Assembly: GCF_018350175.1 (NCBI RefSeq)
Contig: NC_058368.1
Coordinates: 155,002,001 to 155,066,000, forward strand
Length of the DNA stretch: 64,000 bases
Source: Felis catus
Taxonomy: Eukaryota
Reading direction: 5' to 3'
Numbering within the stretch: position 1 is the stretch's first letter; every line of letters begins with the position of its first letter. The notes beneath the pieces were generated by a model. The model was not told the origin of the DNA, ran no database searches, and saw only the letters and a list, made by a program, of their open reading frames with translations. Both the position numbers and the translations under genes were made by a program. Below are positions 61,501 to 64,000 of this stretch, piece after piece.

Positions 61501-63549
61501 AAGACAATTTCACGGGTTTTTATTTTTTAATATGCTAAAGCTACTAATGGCAACCTACCTTCGAAAACAATTTTTTATTTTAAAATATTTGAAATCACTT
61601 TAAAGTTTTAATCTTCTCAATAATTCTTTACCATTTCCCCTAATGGATTTCAATATGTTAAAAATTCTGACTTCTAAAAGTCAGGGGTGGAGAGGAGACA
61701 ATGATCTCCTGTGAAATAGTAGGTAGTTCTCCCTAGAGACAATGGCAATGAAAGCATGTGTAACACAATTAATATTTTCACTGAATCCCACCCACTTCCA
61801 CCACTCTGCAGTGTCTTAAAATACAGGAACATATTGGCAATATAACTTTAATACCTATTCAGGGGCCATATTGCATGTCATGAAACTCGTTGAGAATAAC
61901 TCCTACACAGTATTGTCTTTTTGCCGGGCCTAAGTTCTGAGTGTGCGGATCATAAAAGCAGCCCAATATGTTTCACAGATAAGTCAGAGAATATTGGTCA
62001 GTTTATAACAGTTAAACAACATCAAAACATCTGAAGCTTAAGTACAGAGAGCCTGGAGCAAAAGAGCTCAAGTTATAAATGGAATCGCTTCCATATATCA
62101 AACATAAGAAAAAAGAGGGGAAAAGGGCTTTTATGGAACAAAGAAAAGTGAAAAGGGTTTTATTTATTTATTTTTAAATGGCCCTTTTGCTGTCCTTTTT
62201 CGATAATGTTCTCGTTAGCATTACCCTTGGATAGGCTTGGGAAAATGTAGCTGTTGTCACTGGGGGAAAAAAAGAATTGCCACCTGTAAGCCATTAGGCC
62301 TGGGATGAAAATCAAGCCTGAAAACTGCCAATGGTTCTACGTTTAATTTTAAATGAGAGGGGAACAAGGCAGAGGCAGGAAGGGGCTCAGTGAGTCCGGG
62401 ACCCAAAAGAGAACATTTGGGAGTCCATGCATTTAATCAGTACCGCCATGTTGCTTCAGCCTACACCTGCAGAACGTGTTCCCTTTGTCATTTGTTCTCT
62501 CGGAGAATAAATGGAACTTCTGGAGGTGAAGCTACAGGAATTAGAGCTATAAAACCACAGTGATGTTAATATTTAATCAGCAAAAGTATAATTATATCAT
62601 ATCTTCGAGGGATGAGAACATTCCTGTATTTAGAAAAACGCCCCAATTTGCCATCTCCAATCATTCAAGTTAAACTTTCAGAATCAAAAGTTTCCACAGT
62701 TTTTGTCAGCATGTTGGAATGGTAGGGGGATTTTGAACCTAATGGTGGGATTTTGATAGCTTTTGGAATGCTGAGTTTCTATGCGTGGTAATTGCCCTTT
62801 CATCAAATATAATTGCTCACGACTTGAAAAACAGTAAAAAGACTATTGTATAAAACATTCATATAGAAATTAAAACAAGTCAGAGCAAAGAGCGATTTTA
62901 TAGCTTTGCTCATGTCAAGCACTTCAAAAATTGCATTTGCACTTTAATTCTACCTCAGTTGCACTTAGAAATTATGGAATCAGCTTCCAGCCGTCCTTAT
63001 TATCCAGCGTGGGGTCTCAGAGGTGTCCCAACAAAATGGATTTGAAAGTCTGCTAAGTGCATTGCAGGAAATTGATCCAAATTAAATGCTGCTATTAAGC
63101 AATGACCAATATGTATCTCTCTTAAATTTGTCAATGAAGAGTTTAGAAATGCTTATAAATATTCTGGTGTGGGGTCTTTTTGTTTTGTTTTGTTTTCTTT
63201 TGTTTTTGCCTCATTTATAGGTAGATACTTCCAAGATTCAGGTTGGTAATACAAAACACATTTAGATGTACTAACGTCCTCATTTAAAGTAAAATGTCTG
63301 ACACACAGTAAAATATCATCATTCAGTAAATCATCTGACAGTCAGCAGCGTCTCAAGTGGAACCGGTGGCTTCAATGTTTCTTTCTTCTATTTTTCAAAT
63401 TCCTTTCCAAGCAAACACTATAGGCTTCATCTCTTCCCTTCTCTCCAGAACTGTCCTCCATCAATTACCCACTTATGTGGTGGTATCTTCTTTCTCTCCA
63501 CCGGTTCATTCTCCATCAAATATAAATAAAAACTGGTTTCTCTCTTTAG

Positions 63550-63897
63550 AAGAAAATAATTTAAAACAAGTATTTGAAGACATATCTGTACACAAACGTT
63601 TACAGCAGCACTATTCACAATAGCAGACAGGTGGAAACAAACCACCTTTCCATCAACTGATGAACAGATAAACAAAATGTGGTACATTCATGTGATGCAA
63701 TGCTGTTCAGCCTTAAAAAGAAAGAAAATGCTGATACGTGCCACACATGGACGAACCTCAAACACAGTATGACAACTGTAAGAAATCAGACGTATATTGT
63801 GCGATACCATTTTTATTTATTATCCAGAATAGGTAAATCCATAGAGACCAAAGGATTAGCAGCACCAGGGCCTGGGAAAGTAGGGAGCAGTTATTGA
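63550..63897 (+). mobile_element. L1MB-like 3' region
   Basis: 'cagcagcactattcacaatagc...ccatcaactgatgaacagataaacaaaatgtggtacat...ccagaataggtaaatccatagagac'. Confidence 0.9.
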
Positions 63898-64000
63898 TGT
63901 TAGTTATCAGTTTTGTTCCACTGATCAAATCCCTAAGAACAACTTTTGTATGTTCAGTGCATGTGCTGGACTGTAAATCCCTTCAAAGTGCAGACTGTGT

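Noticed and set aside
63898..64000. Abrupt change after the L1, beginning TGTTAG, possibly an LTR start
   Set aside because: Truncated by the window edge and not identifiable.
1..64000. Protein-coding gene, CRISPR array, operon or other prokaryote-type system
   Set aside because: The sequence is felid non-coding DNA, with no recognisable coding exon, no regularly spaced repeat-spacer array, and no identifiable host gene from sequence alone.

Overview
This is AT-rich, non-coding mammalian DNA from a cat-family (Felidae) genome, identified by 16 Can-SINE insertions that include young SINEC_Fc-type copies. I can support no protein-coding exon, RNA gene or CRISPR array. The ORF-track entries come from microsatellites, SINE/L1/L2 remnants or chance. 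The window is a mosaic of felid SINEs (most with target-site duplications, TSDs), old L1M, L2, MIR and L3/CR1 remnants, MaLR and ERVL solo LTRs, MER5 and Tigger-like DNA elements, and microsatellites. Between these lie repeat-poor, CpG-retaining, motif-rich blocks that resemble conserved enhancers, so a long intron or gene desert near a developmental or neural gene is plausible (inference; gene not identified). I did not find a convincing new biological system. The best second-look items are a 21-bp exact copy 2.36 kb from its apparent donor and flanked by an 8-bp duplication, two divergent L3/CR1 RT fossils bracketing an enhancer-like block, an RE1/REST-like site, an AG|GTAAGT recursive-splice or microexon candidate, and an inverted-SINE cluster. 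Repeat subfamily names are from recalled consensus sequences, and boundaries of old repeats are approximate.
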